Assembly: GCF_902488535.1 (NCBI RefSeq)
Contig: NZ_CABTWO010000013.1
Coordinates: 571-64,570, forward strand
Origin: an uncultured Mobiluncus sp.
GTDB lineage: Bacteria; Actinomycetota; Actinomycetes; Actinomycetales; Actinomycetaceae
Length of the DNA stretch: 64,000 bases
Reading direction: 5' to 3'
The notes under the pieces were generated by a model. It saw only the letters and a list, made by a program, of their open reading frames with translations. It did no database searches and was not told the DNA's origin. Positions 1-11,071 of the stretch are shown piece by piece; the stretch's first letter is position 1, and the number at the start of each line of letters is the position of its first letter. Made by a program: the position numbers and the translations under genes.

Positions 1-1
1 C

Positions 2-919
<918 letters not shown>

Positions 920-937
920 ATCGCCGCCAAGATTTCT

Positions 938-970
938 CAGTTTGGGAGCCAGATTCTGGCTCCCAAACTG
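938..970. terminator. bidirectional terminator hairpin between convergent mdh and GH13 gene
   Basis: Perfect 16-bp inverted repeat CAGTTTGGGAGCCAGA-t-TCTGGCTCCCAAACTG. Confidence 0.8.
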
Positions 971-996
971 GTTTAAACCCTAGTTTTGGGTTTCGT

Positions 997-2583
997 TTAC
1001 AGCATCGCGAAACTTTGGGGTCCCAGCTTTAGCGTGGTTCCCACCACCTGGGCCGAGCCGATACTAAAACGCACCGAGCGCGCTTGTGCCAAATCATATT
1101 CGGCGGGAGCGTGCGCCGGATTGACCGCCACAATCAGGCTTTGCGCGGCATTTTCGCGTTTGAAAACAAATAAACGCCCTTCCGGCTCGGCGCTGAGGAC
1201 GGTGAAAGCGCCGTCAGCCGCCAAAGCCGGGAGTTCCCGTTTGTATTCCAACACGCGCGCCACCGTGTGCCACAAAGAATCCGGTTGGGCGCGCTGGACC
1301 GCCACGGTGGGAGCATCCGCGCTGGTGTCGACCGGCAGATAGAGATTCGCTGTTGCAGCCGTGGAAAATCCCAGGTTATCAGTGCTATCCCACTGCATCG
1401 GGGTGCGGGCGCCGGTACGCACGTAACCGCCCTCCTTGGTGGGCAGCAGCTGGTGGCGCAGGCCAATCTCATCTCCGTAATAGATAAACGGAACTCCCGG
1501 CAAGGTCAGTATCGTCGCCCACGCCAAACTGAGTTCACGTTCGGTCAGTCGGGGCGCCACCCGCCAAGTGTCGTGATTGCAGGTGATGAGGCTGAAAAAG
1601 GCCCCGGTTTTCTCGGCGGCGCGCAGTTGCGGCTCGTATTGCTCCAGGAATCCGCAGATGCTGGTGGGAGCGTCCGTGTTGAAGTAGCTCAGGTCGTTTT
1701 CCCGCGCATACGGAGTGTTCGTGTTACGCAGCAAGATGTTGTAGCCGTTCGGGTGATTGTCCCACCGCCAATCCAGGTAAAAGTCCATGTCAAACCCGGC
1801 TAGTGCCGACTCGCTGGGGACGCCCCACTCGGCTACAAACGCGGCTTCGGGGAACTCGGGACGAATCTGGTCAAACATATAATGCCAGGTCTTGATGGTG
1901 TACGGCTTGCCTTCATCATCGTGTTTCACCAGGGAGTTTGCCATGTCTACCCGGAATCCGTCGGCACCGGCAGAGAGCCAAAAGCGCATGACATCGACCA
2001 TCGCGTCACAGGTTTTCCGGGCAGAGGTACCTAAAGCTGGGTCTTGCCAGGGATATTTCGGGTGGGCCCAACCGTAGTTCAAGGCCGGCTGGCATTTGAA
2101 GAAGTTGAGGATATAGGTTCCGTCGCGTTCCGTTTCCCCGCCAATAAAGGGGTAGCCGTCGCCCCCGGCAATCCAAGAGTCGGTCCACACGTAGCGGTCC
2201 GAAAACTCGTTCGGTTCGGGGCGTGAGCTGGACTGGAACCAGGCGTGTTCTTCAGAAGTGTGGCCGGGCACCAGGTCCAACAGCACGTGAATTCCCAGGG
2301 CATGTGCCTGGTCAAACAGTTTTACCAAGTCCTCGTTGGTGCCGTAGCGAGGGGCCACTAACTTGTAGTCGCGTACGTCGTATCCCGCGTCCTTGAAAGG
2401 CGAATCAAACAGGGGATTGAGCCACAGCGCATCGACCCCCAACTCTTTGAGATAGTCCAGCCGGGAAATAATGCCCGGAATGTCCCCGATGCCGTCCCCG
2501 TTGGAGTCCTGAAAACTCTGGGGATAAATTTCATAGAAAACCGCGTTATTCAGCCACTTTGGACGGGGGTATGGGGCGTTCAC
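997..2583 (-). CDS. GH13 alpha-amylase family glycosidase (alpha-glucosidase/oligo-1,6-glucosidase-like)
   Basis: FYEIYPQSFQDSNGDGIGD, DAGYDV, DLVPGHTS, GFRVDMA (nucleophile), NHD, YYGDEIG, RTPMQW. Confidence 0.9.
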   Translation of the reverse strand: MNAPYPRPKWLNNAVFYEIYPQSFQDSNGDGIGDIPGIISRLDYLKELGVDALWLNPLFDSPFKDAGYDVRDYKLVAPRYGTNEDLVKLFDQAHALGIHVLLDLVPGHTSEEHAWFQSSSRPEPNEFSDRYVWTDSWIAGGDGYPFIGGETERDGTYILNFFKCQPALNYGWAHPKYPWQDPALGTSARKTCDAMVDVMRFWLSAGADGFRVDMANSLVKHDDEGKPYTIKTWHYMFDQIRPEFPEAAFVAEWGVPSESALAGFDMDFYLDWRWDNHPNGYNILLRNTNTPYARENDLSYFNTDAPTSICGFLEQYEPQLRAAEKTGAFFSLITCNHDTWRVAPRLTERELSLAWATILTLPGVPFIYYGDEIGLRHQLLPTKEGGYVRTGARTPMQWDSTDNLGFSTAATANLYLPVDTSADAPTVAVQRAQPDSLWHTVARVLEYKRELPALAADGAFTVLSAEPEGRLFVFKRENAAQSLIVAVNPAHAPAEYDLAQARSVRFSIGSAQVVGTTLKLGPQSFAML

Positions 2584-2892
2584 AGTGATCCTTTCTCAGA
2601 GGTTCGCTATCGAGAGGTCGCAAGGACCTCAGAACATCTTACAGAAGGCTCGGGGGTGTTTGCCCCCGAATCCGTCACGGAAAAACCGGTGTAAACGCCT
2701 TGTGAGCCCTCTCGCTTTGTGACAGGGCAATGGGCTACAAAATTTAGGACTTTAATCCCCCTTCCCTGCAAGAAAGAAAATGCTAGCATCTAAAATTAAT
2801 GTTTGTTCCGACAAAACGGTCGGTTTTTCCGCCGCTTTGCGGAACTTCCTGAGCTGGGGAGAAATCCTCCTCGCCTGTCGAAAGGAAAATTA

Positions 2893-4146
2893 ATGTCCAT
2901 GACGTTTAAGAAAGCCTTTGGTCTGATAGCCGCCTCGGCGGTGGCCCTGTCCATGAGCGCCTGCGGTGGCGCTGGCGGGAATAGCGCCGGCGGACAGTCC
3001 GAGGATGTGTCGCTGTCTGTGTGGGCTCCTCAAGAGGACCAAGCGGACGGTAACAGCTGGCTGGCTAAGATGGAGGAATCCTTCGCGAAGGCTCATCCCG
3101 AATACAAGATTACCTGGAAGAACGACGTGGTCTCTGAGGGCGACGCCAAGACTAAGGTAGAGACCGATCCGGCCGCTGCCGCTGATGTTTACATGTTTGC
3201 CAACGACCAGCTGGGCGGCTTGCTCGATGCCGAGGCTATCGGCGAGCTGGGCGAGAACGAAGCCAAGCAGGTCAAGGAACAGAACGAACCGTCCATGGTG
3301 GACTCGGTCACCGGTACCGATGGCAAGATTTACGGTGTTCCCTTTACATCTAACACCTGGTTCATGTACTACAACTCAAAGAAGTTCTCGGCTGATGACG
3401 CGAAGTCTTTAGACGCGATGCTCGCTAAAGGCAAGGTGTCTTTCCCGCTCGACAACTCCTGGTACATTCAATCCTTCTACACCAAGGGCGCAGGCCTGAC
3501 GTTCTTTGGTGACAAAGGCAACGATGCTACGAAGGGCATCACTTTTGCCGATGGCGATGCTGCCGCTACCGCGGTAACGAAGTACCTGGTCGGCTTAGCC
3601 AATAACCCGAACTTTATGGATGACGCGGAAGGCTCCGGCCTGGGCGCGCTGAAGGCCGGTGACACCGATGTGCTGTTCTCCGGGACTTGGGATGCCGCCA
3701 ACGTTAAGGAAGCCCTGGGCGATGGATACGCCGCCGCCAAGCTGCCGACCTACAAGCTGGACGGCAAAGACGTTCAGATGGAGGCTTTCGCCGGTTCCAA
3801 GGCCGTGGCTTACAACCCGCACGCCAAGAACGCCAAGGCTGCCGCTCAGTTTGCGGCGTTCCTGGGCTCCACCGAAGCCCAAAAGGCTCACTACGAGATG
3901 CGCGGCATTGTCCCGACCGACAAGTCCCTGGTCGACTCCGTTACGGACGACGACTTCGCCGCCAAGGCTCAGCTGGAAGTCATCTCTGGGGCTTCCATCC
4001 TGCAGCCGACAATCTCCGCGATGGGTTCCTGGTGGGATCCGGCCGAGGCTTTCGGCAAGGGCATTTTGAACAAGGAAATCACGGAGGCCACCGCCGAAGC
4101 TCAAACCCAGAAATGGTCTGAGCAACTGGCCAAGATGGTTGGCTAG
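2893..4146 (+). CDS. sugar (maltodextrin-type) ABC transporter substrate-binding lipoprotein
   Basis: Start moved to ATG 2893 after AAAGGA RBS; lipobox LSMSAC; SBP features (DVYMFANDQ, YGVPFT, SGTWD). Confidence 0.85.
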   Translation: MSMTFKKAFGLIAASAVALSMSACGGAGGNSAGGQSEDVSLSVWAPQEDQADGNSWLAKMEESFAKAHPEYKITWKNDVVSEGDAKTKVETDPAAAADVYMFANDQLGGLLDAEAIGELGENEAKQVKEQNEPSMVDSVTGTDGKIYGVPFTSNTWFMYYNSKKFSADDAKSLDAMLAKGKVSFPLDNSWYIQSFYTKGAGLTFFGDKGNDATKGITFADGDAAATAVTKYLVGLANNPNFMDDAEGSGLGALKAGDTDVLFSGTWDAANVKEALGDGYAAAKLPTYKLDGKDVQMEAFAGSKAVAYNPHAKNAKAAAQFAAFLGSTEAQKAHYEMRGIVPTDKSLVDSVTDDDFAAKAQLEVISGASILQPTISAMGSWWDPAEAFGKGILNKEITEATAEAQTQKWSEQLAKMVG

Positions 4147-4257
4147 ATAACTACATCTCGAAGCTGTCGGGCCGCTGGTGAGTGGCAATCCCCCCAGCGG
4201 CCCCGCAGCCCGACCGCGGGTTTTACCGGCGGCCTTTTCACTGAGAAGGAAACCTGA

Positions 4258-5661
4258 ATGGACGCAACGCAAACGTCAAAACGCGAGGCGAGGCTACGTA
4301 AGAAACTCGGGAAAGACTACGTCTCACCCTCGCCCTATAGCCTCAAAGCTGCTTTCCGGGAAGGCGACGCCATTACCAAAGCGTCCGCCGTAATCTTCGG
4401 ACTGGGCAACCTGACGCACCGCCAAATAGTAAAAGGGGCGCTCTTCCTACTTTTAGAGATAGCGTTCTTTGCCTTCCTGTTCACCAACGGTTTGGGTTTC
4501 CTCGCGAAACTTCCCGGACTTGGTGACCAACAGCGAGGCAAGGTGCTGGTCGACGGCTATTGGGAGTACACTGCCGGGGACAACTCGGTCATCATCCTGC
4601 TCTACGGTGTGGCCACGATACTCATCATTCTGGCGTTCATCGGTTTGTGGAATCTTTCGGTGCGTTCGGCCTACAAGGCCCAGGTGCTGACCGCGAAACA
4701 CGGTAGAGCTCCTTCGATACGCGAGGACATTGCGGATTTGCTGGACAAGCGATCCCATATCGGCTTTTTGTTCCTGCCGACTCTAGGCATCCTCACCTTT
4801 ACCGTACTGCCGCTGCTATTCATGATTTCCATGGCTTTCACCAGCTATGACCACAAACACCTGGTACTTTTCGACTGGGTAGGGTTGAAAAATTTTGCGG
4901 CGATTTTTGCCAATTCCTCCGGGGATGTGAACCTGCGAATCTTTAGTTCCGTGCTGATATGGACCCTGGTGTGGGCTATCTTTGCGACCTTCCTCAACTT
5001 TTTCTTGGGCATGTTCATGGCCATGCTCATCAACCGGAAAACCACCCGCTTTAAGAATTTTTGGCGGGCGTGCTTCTCAATGTCTATCGCGGTGCCGCAG
5101 TTCGTGTCCCTACTGGTCATCAACCTAATGCTGCAGCCGCAAGGCGCTATCAACCGGTTGCTGATGGACTGGGGATGGATTGACCAAGCCTTGCCCTTCT
5201 TTACGGATGCCACTTGGGCTCGCGTCACCGTCATCGTGGTGAACCTCTGGGTCGGTATTCCTTTCACGATTATGCAGGTTACGGGCATTTTACAAAACAT
5301 TCCTGCCGACCAGTACGAAGCAGCCAAGATTGACGGGGCTAACTCTTGGGTGATTTTCCGCAACATCACCATGCCCTACATCATCTTCGTGCTCACTCCC
5401 TATCTGATTACGACTTTCACAGCCAACGTCAATAACTTCAACGTTATTTACCTGCTGTCCCGCGGAGCGCCCGTACCGGTGGGAGATTCCGCCGGCAAGA
5501 CCGACCTTTTGATTACCTGGCTGTACAAACTTACGGTAGACAAAAACGACTACAACCTCGGTGCGGTCATCGGTATCATGACCTTCATCGTGCTGGCGGT
5601 GGTGTCGCTCATTACCTACCGGAGATCCGGTTCCTTCAAGAATGAGGAGGCCTTCCGATGA
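4258..5661 (+). CDS. sugar ABC permease (MalF-like)
   Basis: Multiple TM segments; EAA loop YEAAKIDGAN; NVNNFNVIYLL, GKTDLL. Confidence 0.9.
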   Translation: MDATQTSKREARLRKKLGKDYVSPSPYSLKAAFREGDAITKASAVIFGLGNLTHRQIVKGALFLLLEIAFFAFLFTNGLGFLAKLPGLGDQQRGKVLVDGYWEYTAGDNSVIILLYGVATILIILAFIGLWNLSVRSAYKAQVLTAKHGRAPSIREDIADLLDKRSHIGFLFLPTLGILTFTVLPLLFMISMAFTSYDHKHLVLFDWVGLKNFAAIFANSSGDVNLRIFSSVLIWTLVWAIFATFLNFFLGMFMAMLINRKTTRFKNFWRACFSMSIAVPQFVSLLVINLMLQPQGAINRLLMDWGWIDQALPFFTDATWARVTVIVVNLWVGIPFTIMQVTGILQNIPADQYEAAKIDGANSWVIFRNITMPYIIFVLTPYLITTFTANVNNFNVIYLLSRGAPVPVGDSAGKTDLLITWLYKLTVDKNDYNLGAVIGIMTFIVLAVVSLITYRRSGSFKNEEAFR

Positions 5662-6578
5662 ACACATCCGCTACCAACACAACAGTTGAGGCCACCCCTC
5701 GTGCCGAATCCAAAACGTCCATCATGGGCAGTCTCAGTAAGCGCCGCATGGTCGGGGACATCGTGGTCCACGCGTTCCTTGCTATCATGGCGGTCATCTG
5801 GCTGCTGCCGATTGTGTGGGTCGTTGCCGAATCTTTCAACAAGGATCCCGCCCCCTACACCAAGACGTTCTTTCCCCGCGAGTTTTCGCTGGATAACTAC
5901 ATCAAGATTTTCACCGATCGTTCCGTCATGGACTTCCCCCGGATGTACCTGAACACCTTCATCATCGCCTGCTTCACCTGCGTGATTTCCGTGTTCTTCG
6001 TGCTGATGGTGGCTTACGTCATGAGCCGGATGCGGTTCCGTTTGCGCCGCACCTTCATGAGCGTGGTGCTGATTTTGGGTATGTTCCCCAGCATCATGGC
6101 TGTTTCCGCCATCTACTTCATATTAAAGGCGGTGGGTCTGACCGGCGGCGGCATGACGATTCTCGCTTTGATTCTGGTGTATTCCGCCGGTTCCGGCGCG
6201 GGCTTCTATGTTATGAAAGGGTACATGGATACCATCCCGAACTCTCTGGACGAGGCCGCGATTCTGGACGGCTGCACCCGTTCCCAGGTGTTTTGGAAGA
6301 TTATCCTGCCCATCTGTAAACCCATGATCGTCTACCAGGCCATCGTGAGTTTCTTGGGGCCGTGGCTGGACTTCGTGATGGCGAAAGTCATCGCCCGCAC
6401 CCAGTCGGACTACACCGTGGCTTTGGGCTTGTGGTTGATGCTGGAAAAGGAATACATCCACACCTGGTTCGCGCGTTTCGCGGCGGGGGCTGTGCTGGTG
6501 TCGGTACCAATTGCCATTCTGTTCATCGTTATGCAGCGTTTCTACCAGGAGTCCATGTCCGGTTCGGTGAAGGGCTAG
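5658..6578 (+). CDS. sugar ABC permease (MalG-like)
   Basis: LDEAAILDGC EAA loop; ATGA overlap with upstream permease; C-terminal GSVKG. Confidence 0.9.
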   Translation: MNTSATNTTVEATPRAESKTSIMGSLSKRRMVGDIVVHAFLAIMAVIWLLPIVWVVAESFNKDPAPYTKTFFPREFSLDNYIKIFTDRSVMDFPRMYLNTFIIACFTCVISVFFVLMVAYVMSRMRFRLRRTFMSVVLILGMFPSIMAVSAIYFILKAVGLTGGGMTILALILVYSAGSGAGFYVMKGYMDTIPNSLDEAAILDGCTRSQVFWKIILPICKPMIVYQAIVSFLGPWLDFVMAKVIARTQSDYTVALGLWLMLEKEYIHTWFARFAAGAVLVSVPIAILFIVMQRFYQESMSGSVKG

Positions 6579-7352
6579 ATGGCGTCGTCTAACAACAGTG
6601 TGCCTGAAACCGGACCGGAGCGGATGCGTGGTCTGAGCAATCTTCGCCTCAAGGTCATCGCCGGTATCTTCCTGTCTCTCCAAGTGGCGTCCACCACGGT
6701 GGTTCCGTACTTTTTCGGAACTGATTTGAAAAATAACTTCGGAGCGCTCACCGCGGCGGTGCTCAGCGAAGTCGTTTCGTGGTGTGCGGTGCCGATTTAT
6801 GCGTGGCTCCTCGCGGAAGGGTTCACTTGGACTGCTAACCGCTGGCGCTACCTGCTCCGCCTGGTCATTTTGGCTCTGGTCTGCGAAGTTCCCTACGACC
6901 TGGTGACTTTCAACCGGCCAGTGGACTGGGCTTCGCAGAATCCGGTGTTCGGCCTCGCCCTGGCGTTGCTGGTGTTGATTCTCATCGACTACATTCGCAA
7001 ACGGTGGTCGGGCGCACCAGCGTGGATGGGTGCGGTGGCGCTGTCCGTTGCCGGAATACTCTGGGCACTGCTGCTGCACTTGGGAACCCGTCAAGGTGTC
7101 ATCAACATCGGATGTTTGCTGATTGGTTTCACGCTGATTTTTTCCCTGCTGAGGCTACGGGAAAACACCATGATGATGACAGCCGGGTTGCTGGGTGCCG
7201 TGAGCCTGGTGACTCCAGCTATCGGAGTGGCTTTTCTGCACTATCGCAACGAAACCTTGGGGTATCTCAACGCCAATACCCGGTGGTTTTGCTACGCAGT
7301 CTATCCGCTGCTCCTGATGCTGGGGACGTCGTGGCGCGCCCTGTTGCTTTAG
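6579..7352 (+). CDS. TraX-family multi-pass membrane protein
   Basis: LAEGFTWT..RYLLRL..EVPYDL..QNPVFGL and terminal YAVYPLLL pattern recalled for the TraX family; abuts the permease stop. Confidence 0.65.
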   Translation: MASSNNSVPETGPERMRGLSNLRLKVIAGIFLSLQVASTTVVPYFFGTDLKNNFGALTAAVLSEVVSWCAVPIYAWLLAEGFTWTANRWRYLLRLVILALVCEVPYDLVTFNRPVDWASQNPVFGLALALLVLILIDYIRKRWSGAPAWMGAVALSVAGILWALLLHLGTRQGVINIGCLLIGFTLIFSLLRLRENTMMMTAGLLGAVSLVTPAIGVAFLHYRNETLGYLNANTRWFCYAVYPLLLMLGTSWRALLL

Positions 7353-7574
7353 GCAGGTGCGGACAGCTGAGCAACACAGCCTGCGGGAAACCATAGGATT
7401 GACAAAATATTTACAAAATACCCTAGTCGTGTGAGGTCCTGAAGGTAAAAACGTAATGTTGCGGCCATTTTCCATCGAGACCTGACGGAATATATGAGAG
7501 AATGTTATTTGTCCCTGACGGGTAAAGATGCCATCGGGGAACAACGACAATGAAGTTAACTGATTGGAGTTTCA

Positions 7575-8864
7575 ATGCGAAAGCTCATTGCGGCTGCGGG
7601 CGCTCTGGCCCTCGGTCTAACTATGACGGCCTGCTCTCAGGCCTCTGACGCTGGTAAAGACGGCGGCGACGCCGCTGGCAGCGCCTCTCAAGTGGGTGTC
7701 GTGACCTGGTGGGAGCAAGGCTCTGAGAAAGAGGGTTTTGACGCCTTAAAGAAAGTCTTTGCGGAGCAGCACCCGGATGTGGAACTGATTAAGCAGTCCG
7801 AATCCGGTGGTGGCGGCACCAACGCAAAGCAGAAGCTGGCTGCGGACTTGGCGGCAAAGAACCCGCCAGACACCTATCAGGCTCACGCTGGCGCCGAGCT
7901 TTCCTCGGATATTGCCGCGGGATACCTTGAGGACGTTTCTGGCCTGTACGACGAGTTCAAGCTGCGCGATGCCTTCCCGGCTGACCTAGTTGACCTCCTG
8001 ACCGTGGATGGCAAGATTTACTCCGTCCCCTCTAACATTCACCGCGCTAACGTAGTGTGGGCTAATGTTGAGGTCATGCAAAAGGCCGGTTTGGATCCCA
8101 AGGCTCCGCCGAAAGATATCAAGGGCTGGATTGCTGACATGGAGAAGCTCAAGGCTGCCGGGGTACAGTACCCGATTACCGTAGGCGCCACTTGGACCCA
8201 GCTGCAATTGCTGGAAACCGTCCTGCTTGCTGACTTGGGCGCCGATGCCTACAACGGCTTGATGAATGGCAAGACTGATTGGAGCGGTCCGGAAGTCAAG
8301 GCTGCTTTGGATGACTACGCCAAGATTTTGACCTACGCCGATCCGTCCCTGCTCTCTGAGGACTGGGAACCTGCCATGAAACCTGTCATCGAAGGCAAGT
8401 CTGCCTACAACGTGATGGGCGACTGGGCGCCTCCGGCTTGGGAGAACGCCAAGAAGGTATGGGATAAGGACTACGTGACTTTCCCGGTTCCGGGCACCGA
8501 TGGCGTGTTCGACTTCCTGGCTGACTCCTTCACCCTGCCGGTGGGCGCGAAGCACCCCGATGGCACGAAGGCTTGGTTGAACACCATTTCCTCCAAGGAA
8601 GGCCAGATTGCTTTCAACGTGGCTAAGGGCTCTATTCCGGCTCGTTCCGACCTGACCGCCGATGAACTGTCGAAGTTCTCGGATTACCAGCGTTCCGCAA
8701 TGGATTCGTTCGGTAAGGACACCATCGTTTCTTCTATCGCTCACGGTGCGGCTCTGCCTCTGGCGGCCACCGAAAAGATGAAGAGCGCTCTGGGCAAGTT
8801 CAACTCCAGCAAGGACGTTGCGGCTCTCCAAAGTGAGCTGGCTGCAGCGGCTGCTGCGAAGTAG
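7575..8864 (+). CDS. sugar ABC transporter substrate-binding lipoprotein (glucose/mannose-type)
   Basis: Lipobox LTMTAC; TWWEQGSE, PPDTYQAH, PSNIHRAN, MGDWA, KGSIPAR. Confidence 0.85.
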   Translation: MRKLIAAAGALALGLTMTACSQASDAGKDGGDAAGSASQVGVVTWWEQGSEKEGFDALKKVFAEQHPDVELIKQSESGGGGTNAKQKLAADLAAKNPPDTYQAHAGAELSSDIAAGYLEDVSGLYDEFKLRDAFPADLVDLLTVDGKIYSVPSNIHRANVVWANVEVMQKAGLDPKAPPKDIKGWIADMEKLKAAGVQYPITVGATWTQLQLLETVLLADLGADAYNGLMNGKTDWSGPEVKAALDDYAKILTYADPSLLSEDWEPAMKPVIEGKSAYNVMGDWAPPAWENAKKVWDKDYVTFPVPGTDGVFDFLADSFTLPVGAKHPDGTKAWLNTISSKEGQIAFNVAKGSIPARSDLTADELSKFSDYQRSAMDSFGKDTIVSSIAHGAALPLAATEKMKSALGKFNSSKDVAALQSELAAAAAAK

Positions 8865-8883
8865 CCCTCAAACAGGCAAGTCT

Positions 8884-8928
8884 TTACGCCGGCGGGTTTT
8901 TCAAAATGGCAAAAACCCGCCGGCGTAA
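8884..8928 (+). terminator. intercistronic stem-loop after SBP gene
   Basis: Perfect 18-bp inverted repeat TTACGCCGGCGGGTTTTT / AAAAACCCGCCGGCGTAA. Confidence 0.7.
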
Positions 8929-9049
8929 GGCTGAACTGGGGCGCATCAACCGACCTTGTGCAGTCGGCAGAGGTGAGCGGAGAACCTGGTGCACACCGAT
9001 GCGAAACCCAACAATCTCAACCACATCGACCATAATTTAGGGGACAAAA

Positions 9050-10021
9050 ATGTCAGGCAACGCCGCCGTCAAGGCACCTGAAAAGGCTAGGGCACCGATG
9101 AAGCGTAAACGAGCACGCAGTTCGAACGGCATTAAGCAGTGGGGACCCGGACTGTTACTGGTGTCGCCATCAATCATCCTCGTGGCTATTTTTGTATACG
9201 GTTTGCTGGGGTCTAACTTGTTCACGTCCCTGCAAGACAATCACTCCGCGCCGCAAGTTTCGGGGGTGGAACCGGTTAAATTTGTGGGGTTTGCAAACTT
9301 CGCGGCGTTGTTCGGGGACAAGGATTTTCAACACTCCTTGATTAACCTGTTGATGTTCACGGTAATGTTCCTGGTGGGTACGCTGTTCTTTGGGTTCGTC
9401 TGGGCGTGGCTGTTGGATAAACCCATTAAAGGCGAAGGGATTTTCCGTTCCGTATTCCTGTTCCCGATGGCGGTATCGTTCATCGCCTCCGGTGTGGTGT
9501 GGCGCTGGATGCTGAACTCCGCTCAAAATGAGAACGCCTCCGGTTTGAACCGTTTGCTCCAGATGATTGGCCTGGGCGGGCTGCAAAACGACTGGATTTC
9601 CAACCCCTCTTTCGGGGTGCTAGCGGTGGGGATTCCCGCCGTGTGGCAGCTCTCGGGCTACGTGATGGCCCTGTTCCTGGCGGGATTCCGCGGGGTTCCC
9701 GATGACTTGCGGGAGGCCGGGCGCGTAGACGGCGCTAACGAATGGCAGCTGTACCGCTACATCATCTTTCCGCAGCTCGCGCCCGTGGCGCTCAGCGCGG
9801 TCATCATCATCGGGCATATGTCGCTGAAGTCTTTCGACTTGATTATGGCGGTGGCGGACCAGACGTTCTATCAGACCAAGGTTCCGGCCATCGATATGTA
9901 TAACTTCATGACGGTTTCGGATTACTCGAACGCGGCCGCGGTCGGCACGGTTCTGTTGGTGATTGTGGCGCTGCTGGTGGTGCCCTACTTGATTCACGAT
10001 GCGAAGGAGGCCAACCGATGA
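9050..10021 (+). CDS. sugar ABC permease
   Basis: TM segments; LREAGRVDGAN EAA loop; SLKSFDL. Confidence 0.9.
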   Translation: MSGNAAVKAPEKARAPMKRKRARSSNGIKQWGPGLLLVSPSIILVAIFVYGLLGSNLFTSLQDNHSAPQVSGVEPVKFVGFANFAALFGDKDFQHSLINLLMFTVMFLVGTLFFGFVWAWLLDKPIKGEGIFRSVFLFPMAVSFIASGVVWRWMLNSAQNENASGLNRLLQMIGLGGLQNDWISNPSFGVLAVGIPAVWQLSGYVMALFLAGFRGVPDDLREAGRVDGANEWQLYRYIIFPQLAPVALSAVIIIGHMSLKSFDLIMAVADQTFYQTKVPAIDMYNFMTVSDYSNAAAVGTVLLVIVALLVVPYLIHDAKEANR

Positions 10022-10929
10022 GTTCCGCCGCTGCAATCGACGCGGGTGCTGCCGCGATTACGACAAAAAAGGTCAACGCCAACGGTTCGGTAGGAAAGAA
10101 ACGGGGCGGAGTCAGCGTCGGCAAAGTCTTTCGCTACGTGCTCTTGATTTTCTCCCTCGCCATGGTCCTCATGCCGGTCTACGTGCTGTTGATTACGTCT
10201 TTCAAGGGCGCGGGGGAGGCCGACCCGTCCCGGACTTGGTATCTGCCTGCTGAATGGAACACCGATAACTGGGCTCGAGCCTGGGATCAGCTGCAGGGCG
10301 GGCTGTTGCGCTCCCTGATGCTGGTGATTCCGTCCTCGATTATTTCGGCCATGCTCGGTTCCGCTAACGGTTTCGTCCTGTCGCGCTGGCGGTTCCCCGG
10401 AGCGAACGTGGTGTTCACCCTGATTTTGTTCGGCATGTTCATCCCTTACCAGGCCGTCATGATTCCGATGATGCGCATGGTGGTGGCCTCCCAGATTGGT
10501 TTCGGGATTCACACCCTGATTTTGATGCACATCATCTATGGCATCCCCATTACGACCCTAATTTTCCGTAACTATTACGAGAGCGTGCCCAGGGACCTCA
10601 TCGAGGCCGCGCGTATCGACGGGGCGGGAATGTTGCGCACGTACTTTAATGTGGTGTTACCGATTTCTATTCCGTCTTTCGTGGTAGTGCTGATTTGGCA
10701 GTTTACTTCCGCGTGGAACGACTTCCTGTTTGCCCTGTTCTTTGGCGGCGGTTCCCAGCGCGGTCCGGTGACCCTGTCCCTGAACGAGCTGGCGCACGGC
10801 TCTATCATGGCTGACTATGGCGGTTCCATGGCGGGCGCCCTGATTGCCTCCGTCCCGACGCTTCTGGTCTACATCGCGTTGGGCAAGTACTTCGTCGGCG
10901 GCATGATGGCCGGCTCCGTGAAGGGGTAA
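10018..10929 (+). CDS. sugar ABC permease
   Basis: LIEAARIDGAG EAA loop; AWNDFLFAL; GSVKG terminus; ATGA overlap. Confidence 0.9.
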   Translation: MSSAAAIDAGAAAITTKKVNANGSVGKKRGGVSVGKVFRYVLLIFSLAMVLMPVYVLLITSFKGAGEADPSRTWYLPAEWNTDNWARAWDQLQGGLLRSLMLVIPSSIISAMLGSANGFVLSRWRFPGANVVFTLILFGMFIPYQAVMIPMMRMVVASQIGFGIHTLILMHIIYGIPITTLIFRNYYESVPRDLIEAARIDGAGMLRTYFNVVLPISIPSFVVVLIWQFTSAWNDFLFALFFGGGSQRGPVTLSLNELAHGSIMADYGGSMAGALIASVPTLLVYIALGKYFVGGMMAGSVKG

Positions 10930-11071
10930 TCTAGGCCGTTTGCAGTGGTCGTGGCGCTAAGTCGAAGGAGCGAAATTTTCGTGCTACGAGCCGAGATTTG
11001 CTGCAAAAGCGCATCATTAGGCTGCGGTTGCTAAGTAAAGTTGGATGTATACGGATAAACGGGAGGAACTT

